A program made the position numbers and the translations under genes. A stretch of DNA of 64,000 bases from Gallionellaceae bacterium (GTDB lineage: Bacteria > Pseudomonadota > Gammaproteobacteria > Burkholderiales > Gallionellaceae): positions 5,713 through 69,712 of the forward strand of contig JBCKTV010000002.1 of NCBI GenBank assembly GCA_038925365.1. Reading direction: 5' to 3'. The notes beneath the pieces were generated by a model, which searched no databases, was not told where the DNA came from, and saw only the letters and a program-made list of their open reading frames with translations. The first letter of the stretch is position 1. Each line of letters begins with the position of its first letter. Shown here piece after piece: positions 13,005-23,293 of the stretch.

Positions 13005-14111
13005 TTAGCCTTTTCTTACCCTAGCAATAATCCGCAAATCCTTGCCTACCTGACGCACATCCTGCCAATCCAGCTCTACACGCTGATCCAGCTGCGTCAG
13101 CTCACCCAGCTGCGCCATACCACGCGCCATATCGCCCAACAGTTGCGGTGCCAGATAAATAATCAGCTCATCAATCAAACCTGCTTGCAGTAACGCGCCA
13201 TTTAAAGTGCGGCCTGCTTCCACCAGAACTTCATTGCAACCGCGTGTTGCCAGGTCTTGCAAGCATGCTGTCAGATCCACCTGACCATTCCCTGCTGGCA
13301 ATACTACAACCTTGGCGCCTGTTTTTTCTAGTGCGGCAATCTTTTCTGCATCGTGAGTGTTGGTGTATACCAGCACGCCAAGGGCATTTTCGGCCCCCAA
13401 TATGCGTGCAGTGGTTGGCAGTTGCAACGCACTGTCTAGCACCACACGCAGTGGTTGGCGCGTAGTAGCCACTTCACGTACCGTGAGCAGCGCATCGTCC
13501 GCCAGCACCGTGCCGATGCCAGTGAGCACAGCACAGGAACGCGCACGCCAGTGATGCCCGTCACGCCGCGCCGCCGCACCGGTTATCCACTGGCTCACGC
13601 CATTGTTCAGCGCAGTGCGACCATCCAGGCTCATCGCAATTTTGCTGCGCACCCATGGCATGCCATGAGTCATACGCGTTACAAATCCGATATTCAATTC
13701 GCGGGCTGAAGCTTCCATCAGCCCGCAATCAACTTCAATACCGGCGGCACGCAAACGGGCTAAGCCCTGACCGGCTACTTGCGGATTAGGATCTTGCATC
13801 GCGATAAGCACACGGGCAACACCTGCGGCGATCAGCGCATCGGCACAGGGCGGGGTGCGGCCATGGTGGCTGCATGGTTCTAGTGTGACATAGGCCGTCG
13901 ACCCTTTAGCCGCTGCACCGGCGACTTGCAGTGCATGTATTTCGGCGTGAGGCTCACCTGCTCGCTGATGCCAACCTTCGGCCAGCAACTTTCCATCTTT
14001 GACTAACACACAGCCAACTCGCGGATTTGGGCTGGTGGTGTACAAACCGCGCTCTGCCAGATGCAGAGCCTGTGCCATCCAAACGCTGTCATCGGCTGAC
14101 AATATGATCAC
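13005..14111 (-). CDS. ribD: bifunctional diaminohydroxyphosphoribosylaminopyrimidine deaminase / 5-amino-6-(5-phosphoribosylamino)uracil reductase
   Basis: CMP/dCMP deaminase zinc motif HAEI...[11 protein letters not shown] plus a C-terminal reductase domain. Confidence 0.92.
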   Translation of the reverse strand: MIILSADDSVWMAQALHLAERGLYTTSPNPRVGCVLVKDGKLLAEGWHQRAGEPHAEIHALQVAGAAAKGSTAYVTLEPCSHHGRTPPCADALIAAGVARVLIAMQDPNPQVAGQGLARLRAAGIEVDCGLMEASARELNIGFVTRMTHGMPWVRSKIAMSLDGRTALNNGVSQWITGAAARRDGHHWRARSCAVLTGIGTVLADDALLTVREVATTRQPLRVVLDSALQLPTTARILGAENALGVLVYTNTHDAEKIAALEKTGAKVVVLPAGNGQVDLTACLQDLATRGCNEVLVEAGRTLNGALLQAGLIDELIIYLAPQLLGDMARGMAQLGELTQLDQRVELDWQDVRQVGKDLRIIARVRKG

Positions 14112-14587
14112 TCCGCTTTCTTTCTGCGTTCGTTCGGGAAATGGCGCACTGCATTCACCGCATCGGCAAAGTCACCCACATCCTGAAAACTTTTGTACAC
14201 CGAAGCAAAGCGGATGTAGGCCACCTTGTCCAACTTGAGCAGCTCCTTCATCACCATTTCACCGATCTCTCGTGAGCCAACTTCACGTTCGCCCATTGTA
14301 AAAATTTTTTGCGTGACATGGTGCACTGCGGCATCCACCAGCTCGGTCGAGACCGGGCGCTTGTGCAGCGCACGCGAAAAACTGGTGCGCAATTTTTGTT
14401 CATCAAACTCGCTGCGCATGCCGTTCTGCTTCACCACCTGCGGCATACGCAACTCCACCGTTTCAAAGGTGTTGAAACGCTTATCACAATTCAGACAACG
14501 GCGACGACGACGAATACTGTCGCCTTCGTCGCTTTCTCGCGAATCGACGACTTGCGTATCTGGATGTTTACAGAAGGGGCATTTCAT
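14108..14587 (-). CDS. nrdR: transcriptional repressor NrdR
   Basis: [17 protein letters not shown] zinc ribbon plus ATP-cone. 159 aa. Confidence 0.95.
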   Translation of the reverse strand: MKCPFCKHPDTQVVDSRESDEGDSIRRRRRCLNCDKRFNTFETVELRMPQVVKQNGMRSEFDEQKLRTSFSRALHKRPVSTELVDAAVHHVTQKIFTMGEREVGSREIGEMVMKELLKLDKVAYIRFASVYKSFQDVGDFADAVNAVRHFPNERRKKAE

Positions 14588-14626
14588 GATTTATAGTCGG
14601 TAGCGGCTAGTCGGTAGTCGGTAGTT

Positions 14627-14655
14627 AAAAACCGCCGCATTGCGGCGACAAAACA
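14627..14655 (-). terminator. putative terminator hairpin downstream of glyA, embedded in a larger heptad inverted repeat
   Basis: The minus strand reads ttttgtCGCCGCaatGCGGCGgttttt. Confidence 0.5.
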
Positions 14656-14685
14656 AACTAACGACTAACGTCTAATAGCTAAAGT

Positions 14686-15933
14686 CTACTCTCCGTACAC
14701 TGGGAATTTTGCAGTGAGCTTCTTAACGTCGGCAATAACGCGGGCAATCATTTTTTCATCATTCGGCGCATCCAGCACGTCGGCTATCAGATTGGCTACT
14801 TTTTCCGCTTCCAATTCAGTAAAGCCGCGTGTGGTCATAGCAGGCGAGCCAATACGGATGCCGCTGGTGACGAAGGGTTTTTCTGGGTCATTCGGGATGG
14901 CGTTTTTGTTCACGGTGATGTGAACACGACCCAAGGCGGCTTCGGCATCTTTGCCGGTCAAGCCCTTGGCGCGCAGATCGACTAGGAACATATGGCTGTC
15001 GGTACGTCCTGAAACTATGCGTAGTCCGCGCTCGGTCAGCACCTTGGACATTACACGGGCGTTATCGATCACTTGCTTCTGGTATTCTTTGAATTCCTTG
15101 CTTGCTGCTTCCTTGAATGCCACTGCCTTGGCAGCAATCACATGCATCAGCGGTCCGCCTTGCAGTGACGGGAAAATAGCGGAGTTAAGCGCCTTCTCAT
15201 GCTCGGCCTTGGCCAGGATCAATCCACCGCGCGGACCACGCAATGTTTTGTGGGTAGTGGTGGTCACGAAATCTGCAATGCCAACCGGTGAAGGATAATA
15301 ACCGGCTGCAATAAGCCCAGCATAGTGCGCCATGTCCACAAACAGATAGGCGCCAACACTGTCGGCGATCACACGGAAACGTTTCCAGTCGATCACCAGT
15401 GAATAAGCCGAAGCACCTGCCACGATCATCTTGGGCTTGTGTTCAGTTGCCAGTTTTTGTACTGCGTCGTAGTCGATCTCTTCTTTGTCATTCAGTCCGT
15501 AGAAAATCGCGTTGTACAGTTTGCCGCTAATATTGACCGAAGCACCATGAGTCAAATGGCCACCGTGTGCAAGTGACATGCCAAGAATGGTGTCGCCGGG
15601 CTTGAGTACCGAGGCGTACACCGCCTGATTCGCCTGCGAGCCGGAATGAGGCTGTACGTTGGCATACTCCGCCCCAAACAAGGCCTTGGCACGATCAATC
15701 GCCAACTGTTCCGCAATATCAACAAACTCGCAGCCGCCGTAGTAACGTTTACCGGGATAGCCCTCGGCATACTTATTGGTTAGCTGGCTACCTTGCGCTT
15801 CCATCACCGCAGTGCTGGTGTAGTTTTCCGAGGCTATCAGTTCGATGTGATCTTCCTGACGGCGGGTTTCTTTCTGGACTGCATCCCACACTTCGGGATC
15901 AACAATAGCGAGAGTATTTTTGCGTGAGAACAT
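14686..15933 (-). CDS. glyA: serine hydroxymethyltransferase
   Basis: Start set at [16 protein letters not shown] (ATG at 15933). PLP motif [14 protein letters not shown]. The ORF-track extension to 16119 overlaps the neighbouring gene and looks spurious. Confidence 0.95.
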   Translation of the reverse strand: MFSRKNTLAIVDPEVWDAVQKETRRQEDHIELIASENYTSTAVMEAQGSQLTNKYAEGYPGKRYYGGCEFVDIAEQLAIDRAKALFGAEYANVQPHSGSQANQAVYASVLKPGDTILGMSLAHGGHLTHGASVNISGKLYNAIFYGLNDKEEIDYDAVQKLATEHKPKMIVAGASAYSLVIDWKRFRVIADSVGAYLFVDMAHYAGLIAAGYYPSPVGIADFVTTTTHKTLRGPRGGLILAKAEHEKALNSAIFPSLQGGPLMHVIAAKAVAFKEAASKEFKEYQKQVIDNARVMSKVLTERGLRIVSGRTDSHMFLVDLRAKGLTGKDAEAALGRVHITVNKNAIPNDPEKPFVTSGIRIGSPAMTTRGFTELEAEKVANLIADVLDAPNDEKMIARVIADVKKLTAKFPVYGE

Positions 15934-16045
15934 GGCGTGCCTTCCGAGATAAATATGGGCGGGATAAATAAGGGGTAATCGGGAAAGCGCGCATTTTATC
16001 ACGGGATAGGCTGGCAGAATGCGTAGTGGGAGGCTCTCAGGATTT

Positions 16046-16525
16046 TTATTGCTCAAATTCTGCCGCACGTTTAAATGCCTGATCAGCACCAGAGGTGTTG
16101 CCCTGCGCAACACGCGCATTGCCGATCACGCGCCAGTTTGCAGCTTGTACACGACGATCGCTGGCCGCAAAGCTGTTAGCTTTTTGCGCGAGAGAAATGG
16201 CCTGCGCATACTGGCCTTGTGCCTGACGCACTTGAGCCAGTTCATTCCACAGCCATGCGTTACGCGGTTCGATGCGCAGTGCGCGTTCCAGCGAAGAGCT
16301 TGCCGCCTCCTGCTTCCCCATTCCGGTATCAATACGTGCCCTATCAAGCAATGCGATGACGGCTGGATTGCCCGACACTATAGGTTTGGCTGCTTGATCT
16401 GCGATGATGCCCGCAGAGGAAACCGCATCTAGTGGTTGTTTAGGCGCACCAGCGCATCCTGCAAGCAACAGCAGCAAGGCAGATGTAAATAATAAACAGT
16501 AACGATTTATCAATTTAGCAACCAC
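16046..16525 (-). CDS. TPR-repeat lipoprotein
   Basis: Lipobox [11 protein letters not shown]-like repeats ([27 protein letters not shown]). Confidence 0.6.
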   Translation of the reverse strand: MVAKLINRYCLLFTSALLLLLAGCAGAPKQPLDAVSSAGIIADQAAKPIVSGNPAVIALLDRARIDTGMGKQEAASSSLERALRIEPRNAWLWNELAQVRQAQGQYAQAISLAQKANSFAASDRRVQAANWRVIGNARVAQGNTSGADQAFKRAAEFEQ

Positions 16526-18873
16526 TGAAACCAGCTTTTATTTTCTGGCTGCGGCTTGGCATCCGCTTTCTGTGCGACAGCAGGCTGACCCGCACAACTT
16601 GTTGACGTTTTAGTCGGTGCTGTACCTTTATAAAATGGCAGCAGCATCGCTGTTTTACATTCTTCGCTAACACGCTGCCCGCTTAGCGGGTCGATATTCA
16701 CCAGCTCGATATCTTCCGGCACCGCTGGCTGCAACGGTTCAGAATGATTGTTTTTCATCATCTCGCCCCACACGGTCATAGCGCCGGAAGATCCGGTTAA
16801 ACCTGTAGATTTATTATCATCTCGACCCACCCACACCACCGCAACCTGATCGCCGGTATATCCGGCAAACCAGCTGTCGCGCAGATCATCCGTGGTACCG
16901 GTTTTGCCTGCCGCATGTATGCCTGCAGGCAGCCAATTGCTCAGCGAGAGCCCCGTGCCCACACTTACCACACCCTGCAAAGCAGCCGTGAGCAAATAGA
17001 CAGGGGCAGGTTCGGCAACTTGCTCTACGTTGAGTGGATAACGTTGCAGCGGCTTGCCCTCTGCGGTGACGATCTCGCGGATGCTGCGTAAGGGTGTGCG
17101 GAAACCGCCATCCGCAAAGGTCTGGTAAAGCTGCGCTATTTCGTAAGGTGAAAGTTCAAAAGCACCTAGCAGCGATGACGCAAATGGCGGCGGGCGGCGT
17201 TCGATACCAAATCTGTGCAACTTGTCTAAGATACGCTCGATGCCGAGTTCGATACCCAGGCGAGCGGTGGCCACATTGTAGGAATATGCCAGTGCGGTGT
17301 GCAACGGCACCTGTCCATGGAATTTGCGATCATAGTTCTGCGGCTCCCAGTCGCTCGTACCACGCTGACGCAACAGCAGCGGACTGTCATCCAAAGGAGT
17401 GAGCAGCGTATAGCGTTGGTGATCTTCAAGGGCAGTGAGGTACACGATGGGTTTGACCAGCGAGCCAATTTGCCGTTGTGCATCAATAGCACGGTTGAAC
17501 CCGGCATAGCGTGCTTCGCGTCCACCCACCAGTGCCAGCACCTCGCCGTTCTGCGTGCTGCTTACAACTACCGCCCCTTCCAGGGTATTGCTTGGAATAT
17601 TTCGCGTCAGCTCAATTTGGCGCAGACGCTGCGACAATGCCTGCTCTGCATTTTTCTGGATGCGCGGATCGAGCGTGGTAAATATCCTCAGTCCCTCGCT
17701 GCGCAAATCTTGTTCGCGATAGTCGCGCTGCAACTGGCGATGCACAAGTTGCATAAAAGCTGGATACGGCGAAGTGCCCGCAGGTGCACGCTGTATCACC
17801 CCCAGCGGAAGTTGCCGCGCCTCAATAAATTGAGTTTGAGTAATGGAAGCAAGACGCACCATTTCCTGCAACACAATGTTGCGACGCAGCAAAGCCTGTT
17901 CCGGTTTTCTGCGCGGATCATACACACCCGGCCCTTTAACCATGCCTACCAGCGTGGCAATCTCGTGCAACTCCAGTTTGTCCAGCGGCTTATTAAAATA
18001 AAAATGGCTAGCCAAGCCAACGCCATGTATCGCGCGGTTAGAATCTTGCCCAAGGTAAATTTCATTGAGGTAGGTCTCAAGAATTTCGTCTTTGCTGTAG
18101 TGCAATTCGAGCAACAGCGACATCAGCACTTCGTTTGCCTTGCGCGTCAAGGTGCGCTCCGGTGTCAGAAAAAAATTCTTCACCAGTTGCTGCGTAAGCG
18201 TGCTGCCACCCTCAATGCGCTGCAAGGTAAAAGTCTTGAACAAGGCACGGGCAATACCACGCGGATCAACACCACTATGGGTATAAAACTTTCTATCCTC
18301 AATACCGATCAGCGCGGCGATCAGCAACTTGGGCACCTGCTCCAATCTGACCAGTGCGCGATCCTCATTGTGACCTGGATAAATGCCGCCTATGACAGGA
18401 GGTTCTAAGCGCAACAAAGACACATCGTGTTCACTGCTGCCACGTTCCCGCAGCACTGACACTTTACCGTCGTCGAATTCAATGCGCAGATGTTGTGCTG
18501 CTTGCGCGCCATCCCAAAACACAAAATCCCGGGTCGTGAATTCCACACCCTTCAAGGTATATTTATAGGTCGCCGCATCGTTAGGCTCAGGCCGCTCGTG
18601 ATAGCCAAGCGCTTGCAGCTCTGCCACTAATTGCGCGGGTGTCAGCTTTACACCCGGATAAACTTCCAGCGCACGAGCGTAAACACGCGCCGGCAACGCA
18701 AATTTACGCCCATCAAACGCTACACGGATGGTGATGTCGAGATAGAAAATATAGCCCGACAAGCCCAGCAATAGGAACAGCACGCTCAGGCGAAACGCCT
18801 TGCCACGCGGATTTAACTTGAACGTCTTGAGGATAAGGAGAAAATTGTTCCAGGGCACAGAGGGAAGCTTCAT
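16510..18873 (-). CDS. mrcB: penicillin-binding protein 1B (bifunctional glycosyltransferase/transpeptidase)
   Basis: GT51 motif EDRKFYTHSGVD, transpeptidase motifs SLVKP and KTGTT, N-terminal TM anchor. 787 aa. Confidence 0.85.
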   Translation of the reverse strand: MKLPSVPWNNFLLILKTFKLNPRGKAFRLSVLFLLLGLSGYIFYLDITIRVAFDGRKFALPARVYARALEVYPGVKLTPAQLVAELQALGYHERPEPNDAATYKYTLKGVEFTTRDFVFWDGAQAAQHLRIEFDDGKVSVLRERGSSEHDVSLLRLEPPVIGGIYPGHNEDRALVRLEQVPKLLIAALIGIEDRKFYTHSGVDPRGIARALFKTFTLQRIEGGSTLTQQLVKNFFLTPERTLTRKANEVLMSLLLELHYSKDEILETYLNEIYLGQDSNRAIHGVGLASHFYFNKPLDKLELHEIATLVGMVKGPGVYDPRRKPEQALLRRNIVLQEMVRLASITQTQFIEARQLPLGVIQRAPAGTSPYPAFMQLVHRQLQRDYREQDLRSEGLRIFTTLDPRIQKNAEQALSQRLRQIELTRNIPSNTLEGAVVVSSTQNGEVLALVGGREARYAGFNRAIDAQRQIGSLVKPIVYLTALEDHQRYTLLTPLDDSPLLLRQRGTSDWEPQNYDRKFHGQVPLHTALAYSYNVATARLGIELGIERILDKLHRFGIERRPPPFASSLLGAFELSPYEIAQLYQTFADGGFRTPLRSIREIVTAEGKPLQRYPLNVEQVAEPAPVYLLTAALQGVVSVGTGLSLSNWLPAGIHAAGKTGTTDDLRDSWFAGYTGDQVAVVWVGRDDNKSTGLTGSSGAMTVWGEMMKNNHSEPLQPAVPEDIELVNIDPLSGQRVSEECKTAMLLPFYKGTAPTKTSTSCAGQPAVAQKADAKPQPENKSWFQWLLN

Positions 18874-18962
18874 TCGATATTTTTACCTGCGGAATAAATA
18901 TTTATTGTGCAATTGTATATTGGCTGATGCAAAGCTATCCATTCAGCACTGCACTTGCGCTT

Positions 18963-18981
18963 GATAATTATTCTCATCTAG
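18963..18981 (+). promoter_or_regulatory. candidate Fur box upstream of the iron ABC transporter operon
   Basis: gataattattctcatctag matches GATAATGATAATCATTATC at about 12 of 19 positions. It lies 54 nt upstream of the fbpA-like start. Confidence 0.35.
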
Positions 18982-19034
18982 GATAGGATGCAGCAAGTCA
19001 ATATATGCCATCAACAAACTCAAAGGAGATAATT

Positions 19035-20048
19035 ATGCGCCTAGCCAAAATATTTAAACTATTCATTGTTGCCGCTATACCCGTGCTACTGTACAGCGGC
19101 ATTGCGTCGGCAGGCGTTGAACTGGTGGTTTACTCCGCCCGCAACGAGCAGTTGATTAAACCGATGTTCGATGCCTACACCAAGGAAACTGGGGTCAACA
19201 TCAAGTTCATCACCGACAAGGAAGGCGCGTTACTGCAACGCCTCAAGGCCGAGGGCGAAAATACCCCGGCTGACATGCTGATCACCGTGGATGCGGGAAA
19301 TCTTTGGGAAGCCGCGCGCGAAGGTTTACTCAAGCCGGTGCAGTCAAAAGTTCTGAGCGCCAACATCCCCTCTCATCTGCGTGACCCTGACAACCAGTGG
19401 TTCGGCTTGTCAGTGCGTGCCCGCACAATTTTCTTCAATAATCAAAAAGTGAAGCCCGCCGAATTATCCACCTACGAGGATCTTGGCAGCCCGCAATGGA
19501 AAGGTAGGCTATGTCTGCGCTCTTCGAAAAAGGTGTACAACCAGTCGCTAGTTGCGATGATGATGGTTGAGCATGGCGAAACCAAGACAGAGCAGATGGT
19601 TAAATCCTGGGTCGCCAATCTCGCCACCGATCCTTACGCGGATGACACCAAGATGCTGGAAGCCATCGCCGCCGGTCAGTGTGATGTCGGCATCGCCAAT
19701 ACCTACTACTTTGGCCGCCTGATGGAAAAGAAACCCGCTCTGACGCTGGGCATTTTCTGGCCCAATCAGAAGGCAAGCGGCGTGCATGTGAATGTCTCCG
19801 GCGCCGGTATCACCAAACACAGCAAGCACGAGAAGGAAGCGATCAAGCTGCTAGAGTGGCTATCGTCAGACAAAGCGCAGAACTTGTTCGCCGACGCCAA
19901 CTTTGAGTACCCAGTCAACCCGACGATCAAGTCCGACCCTGTTGTTACTGCTTGGGGACAGTTCAAGCAGAACCCGCTCAACGTTGTCAAGGCTGGCGAA
20001 TTGCAGTCAGCAGCAGTTAAGTTGATGGATCGTGCCGGATACAAGTAA
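19035..20048 (+). CDS. fbpA: Fe(3+) ABC transporter substrate-binding protein
   Basis: Start set at MRLAKIF, preceded by AAGGAG. Signal peptide present. [18 protein letters not shown] is typical of the FbpA/AfuA family. Confidence 0.85.
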   Translation: MRLAKIFKLFIVAAIPVLLYSGIASAGVELVVYSARNEQLIKPMFDAYTKETGVNIKFITDKEGALLQRLKAEGENTPADMLITVDAGNLWEAAREGLLKPVQSKVLSANIPSHLRDPDNQWFGLSVRARTIFFNNQKVKPAELSTYEDLGSPQWKGRLCLRSSKKVYNQSLVAMMMVEHGETKTEQMVKSWVANLATDPYADDTKMLEAIAAGQCDVGIANTYYFGRLMEKKPALTLGIFWPNQKASGVHVNVSGAGITKHSKHEKEAIKLLEWLSSDKAQNLFADANFEYPVNPTIKSDPVVTAWGQFKQNPLNVVKAGELQSAAVKLMDRAGYK

Positions 20049-20057
20049 AGGACCCCT

Positions 20058-20182
20058 CTAAAAATCCAAACTCCGTCGCGATACTGCGTTACTCATGCAA
20101 TTTTATCGCTTACATATAATACATATGCTGCGCGTTAAAATTACATTCGCGCCTTGTCTCGCTTAGGATTTTGGATTTTTAG
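20058..20182. repeat. nested imperfect palindrome filling the fbpA-fbpB intergenic region
   Basis: Outer arms ctaaaaatccaaa (20058-20070) and tttggatttttag (20170-20182). Inner arms around catataatacatatg. Confidence 0.7.
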
Positions 20183-21937
20183 ATGCGCCCTAATTTAAAC
20201 CCTTCTTCCATAAAGACCGCAAAAGTGTCGTTTGGCACTTTTGCGTTTTTTCGTTCCTCTTTGCTGAACGTCTGGCGTTTATTGGGCGGCTGGAATTTAC
20301 TAGACGGCTGGCGACTAGCTGCCTTTGCTATCGCCCTGCTTGTCGTCGTTCCGCTTATGGTGGTGCTGAGTTCCTTGCTTTCCCCAGAACAGGAAATCTG
20401 GCGTCACCTCGTCGAACACGTACTACCAGGGCTGCTGTCCAACACCCTCAAAATGACGCTAGGCGTAGCCGTCGGTGTAATTTTGCTGGGTGTGAGTCTC
20501 GCCTGGTTGACGGCAGTATGCGAATTCCCCGGCAGGAAATTTTTCTCCTGGGCGCTGCTACTGCCACTGGCCGTGCCCGCCTATGTCACTGCTTTCGTCT
20601 TCATCTCCTGGCTGGATTTCACCGGGCCAGTGCAGACCCTGCTACGAGCAAGCTTCGGTAGCAGCGCGTGGTTTCCCAGCATCCGTTCCGGTGGCGGCGT
20701 GGTGCTGGTGATGACGCTAGCACTCTACCCCTATGTCTATCTGCTCGCCCGCAACGCCTTTCTCACCCAGGGACGCAGCGTCATGGAAGCCGCTCAATCT
20801 CTCGGCTACAGCCGCAGCAAGGGATTTTTTCGGGTGGCGTTGCCGATGGCTAGGCCATGGATTATGGGTGGCTTGCTGCTGGCCTTGATGGAAACCCTTT
20901 CAGATTTTGGCACCGTTGCAGTATTCAACTATGACACCTTCACCACCGCCATCTACAAGACCTGGTTCGGCATGTTTTCCCTGAGTGGCGCTTCACAGCT
21001 TGCTTCGATTCTGGTTTTACTGGTATTCGTCTTGATTTTGTTGGAACAGGCTTCCCGTTCGCGGCTGCGTTACACCCAGTCGGGTAAACACTCCCAGTCT
21101 GAACGCATTAAGCTGGGCGGATGGCGCGGCTTGCTTGCCGCCGGTTTCGCCACAACGGTACTGCTGACCGCATTTGCGCTACCCGTCGGCCAGCTAGTAG
21201 TGTGGGCGGCCAGCGTATTCACTCAGGATTTTGACCAACGCTATCTGAGTTTTCTGTGGCATTCCCTGTCTCTGGGCGCTATCGCTGCCGTCCTTACCGT
21301 GATGTGCGCCTTGATCCTGGCCTATGCCCAGCGCCGCCACACCGATGCATGGACGCGATTCGCAGTACGTATCGCCTGCCTTGGCTACGCCGTGCCAGGA
21401 CCGGTGCTGGCGGTGGGCATTATCATTCCACTGGCGTGGCTGGATAACCAACTCATACACCTCAGCAAAACTCTGTTCGACCACAACCCCGGCCTGTTGC
21501 TGCAAGGAACACTGCTAGTGATGATCCCCGCCTACCTTACCCGTTTCCTCGCAGTCGGCTATAGTCCCGTGGAAACCGCCATGCAGCGCATTACGCGTAA
21601 TCTCGACGAGGCCTCCCGCACTTTCGGCGTTACTGGCCTGCAAATGTTGCGCCGTGTGCATCTGCCCATATTGCGCGGCGGTTTGTTTACGGCTGCGGCA
21701 CTGGTGTTCGTTGATGTAATGAAAGAAATGCCTATCACCCTGATGACCCGTCCCTTCGGTTGGGACACCCTGGCGGTGCGTATTTTCGAAATGACCTCAG
21801 AAGGGGAATGGGAGCGTGCAGCCCTGCCCGCCGTGGCGTTGGTACTCGCCGGATTGCTACCGATCGCACTACTGGTCAGATATACGGAAGCTGTCAGTAA
21901 AAAAACTGTCGCTGATCAAACCCATCTGACAGTTTGA
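20183..21937 (+). CDS. fbpB: iron(III) ABC transporter permease (two fused permease domains)
   Basis: About 12 TM segments and a duplicated BPD-transporter core. The start codon is uncertain, because the ATG at 20183 sits at the edge of the palindrome. Confidence 0.85.
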   Translation: MRPNLNPSSIKTAKVSFGTFAFFRSSLLNVWRLLGGWNLLDGWRLAAFAIALLVVVPLMVVLSSLLSPEQEIWRHLVEHVLPGLLSNTLKMTLGVAVGVILLGVSLAWLTAVCEFPGRKFFSWALLLPLAVPAYVTAFVFISWLDFTGPVQTLLRASFGSSAWFPSIRSGGGVVLVMTLALYPYVYLLARNAFLTQGRSVMEAAQSLGYSRSKGFFRVALPMARPWIMGGLLLALMETLSDFGTVAVFNYDTFTTAIYKTWFGMFSLSGASQLASILVLLVFVLILLEQASRSRLRYTQSGKHSQSERIKLGGWRGLLAAGFATTVLLTAFALPVGQLVVWAASVFTQDFDQRYLSFLWHSLSLGAIAAVLTVMCALILAYAQRRHTDAWTRFAVRIACLGYAVPGPVLAVGIIIPLAWLDNQLIHLSKTLFDHNPGLLLQGTLLVMIPAYLTRFLAVGYSPVETAMQRITRNLDEASRTFGVTGLQMLRRVHLPILRGGLFTAAALVFVDVMKEMPITLMTRPFGWDTLAVRIFEMTSEGEWERAALPAVALVLAGLLPIALLVRYTEAVSKKTVADQTHLTV

Positions 21938-21984
21938 CTTAGATGTTATTTTACGTAAGTACTTGATTATATTTAATATTTTAT
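21937..21984 (-). repeat. AT-rich intergenic element with IHF-consensus core, copy D
   Basis: The reverse complement reads aaaatattaaatatAATCAAgtacTTAcgtaaaataacatctaagtc. It starts at the fbpB stop codon. Confidence 0.8.
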
Positions 21985-22030
21985 AAGTGAGGATTATGCC
22001 TCATACTGACAACTGACAATCGGAAACCGA

Positions 22031-23173
22031 ATGATGCCACTCCTGCAATGCCCTCTTCCCGTTCATGGTGCAATCCAGCTTGAACTGAAAGACATTTCCT
22101 ACTCCTACAATGCTCAACCAATCGTGCGCAAACTGTCGCTGCGTCTGAATCAGGGCGACATAGGCTGTTTGCTCGGCCCCTCCGGCTGCGGCAAAACCAC
22201 GGTATTGCGAACCATTGCGGGTTTCGAAAACATCGCGGAGGGCAGCATCATGCTTGCAGGCGAAACGGTAAGCCGCGTAGGCTACACCCTGCCTCCGGAA
22301 AAGCGCCGAGTCGGCATGGTGTTCCAGGACCAAGCACTATTTCCCCACCTGAGCGTGACGCAGAACATTGCATTTGGGCTCAAAGACTGGGACAAAGCCG
22401 AGCGTCAGGACAGAGTTGAAAGTCTGTTGAAAATGGTGGGCTTGCCCAATACCGGTAACAAATTTCCGCACCAACTTTCCGGCGGCCAGCAGCAACGGGT
22501 AGCACTGGCCAGAGCCTTAGCCCCCCGCCCGTCGCTACTCCTGCTGGACGAACCATTTTCTAGCTTGGACGTAAATCTGCGCGAGCGTATCGGTCAGGAA
22601 ATGCGTGAAATTCTTAAGACACAGGGCACCACAGCGCTGTTGGTGACTCACGACCAGTTCGAGGCCTTCGCCATTGCCGACAAAATCGGGGTAATGAACG
22701 AGGGTGAAATTCAGCAATGGGATAGCGCCTACAATCTCTACCACCGCCCCGCCAACCGCTTCGTCGCCGACTTTGTCGGCGAAGGAGTATTGATACCAGC
22801 TATGGTACTCAACGAAAGCCAAGTAAAAACAGAACTGGGCACAATCTCCGGTGAGGTTCCCCTCGAATGCAAAGCCGGTTGCGAGGAATGCAAGGCGGGT
22901 TGCCTGTTAGATGTTTTGCTACGCCCCGACGACATTCTTCACGAAGATGCCAGCACATTACAGGCGGAAGTTGCCAAGAAGGCTTTCCGGGGTGCAGATA
23001 TCTTGTACACCCTGCTACTCCCCAGCGGGCGTAAAGTGCTGTCGCTGGTGCCAAGTCACCACAACCACGCGATAGGCGAAAAAATCGGCATCCGGCTGGA
23101 GGTAGATCATCTAGTCACGTTCAGCAAAAGCCAGCACTCAGGACTTGATAAGCAGAATTATTGCGACAAATAA
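22031..23173 (+). CDS. fbpC: iron(III) ABC transporter ATP-binding protein
   Basis: Walker [10 protein letters not shown], signature [14 protein letters not shown], Walker B LLLLDEP, C-terminal TOBE-like domain. Confidence 0.9.
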   Translation: MMPLLQCPLPVHGAIQLELKDISYSYNAQPIVRKLSLRLNQGDIGCLLGPSGCGKTTVLRTIAGFENIAEGSIMLAGETVSRVGYTLPPEKRRVGMVFQDQALFPHLSVTQNIAFGLKDWDKAERQDRVESLLKMVGLPNTGNKFPHQLSGGQQQRVALARALAPRPSLLLLDEPFSSLDVNLRERIGQEMREILKTQGTTALLVTHDQFEAFAIADKIGVMNEGEIQQWDSAYNLYHRPANRFVADFVGEGVLIPAMVLNESQVKTELGTISGEVPLECKAGCEECKAGCLLDVLLRPDDILHEDASTLQAEVAKKAFRGADILYTLLLPSGRKVLSLVPSHHNHAIGEKIGIRLEVDHLVTFSKSQHSGLDKQNYCDK

Positions 23174-23217
23174 AATATTAAATATAATCAGTATGTTACG
23201 TAATATTTCATCTAAGC
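23172..23217 (+). repeat. AT-rich intergenic element with IHF-consensus core, copy E
   Basis: aaaatattaaatatAATCAGtatgTTAcgtaatatttcatctaagc. It begins inside the fbpC stop codon. Confidence 0.8.
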
Positions 23218-23293
23218 AAGTCAGCCTCTTATGTTCGATTAAGTTAGATTCAATTGTTGCTTCGCGGACATCCTGTCCGCCAAATCAGCAAGC

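Noticed and set aside
15934-16119. N-terminal extensions in the ORF track: glyA to 16119, the oxidoreductase to 12223, the esterase to 25959, PCuAC to 60171, the REC proteins to 45968, 49479 and 45556, and soxX to 32818.
   Set aside because: Internal ATGs with good Shine-Dalgarno sequences coincide with the conserved N-termini or signal peptides, and the extensions overlap upstream genes. I used the shorter starts.
17299-18408. Long antisense ORFs opposite well-supported genes: 17299..18408, 42321..43097, 44289..45101, 41147..41758, 5578..6063 and 33499..34020.
   Set aside because: Each lies fully inside a gene with clear family motifs on the other strand. Their translations are low-complexity and rich in R, Q and H, typical of shadow ORFs.
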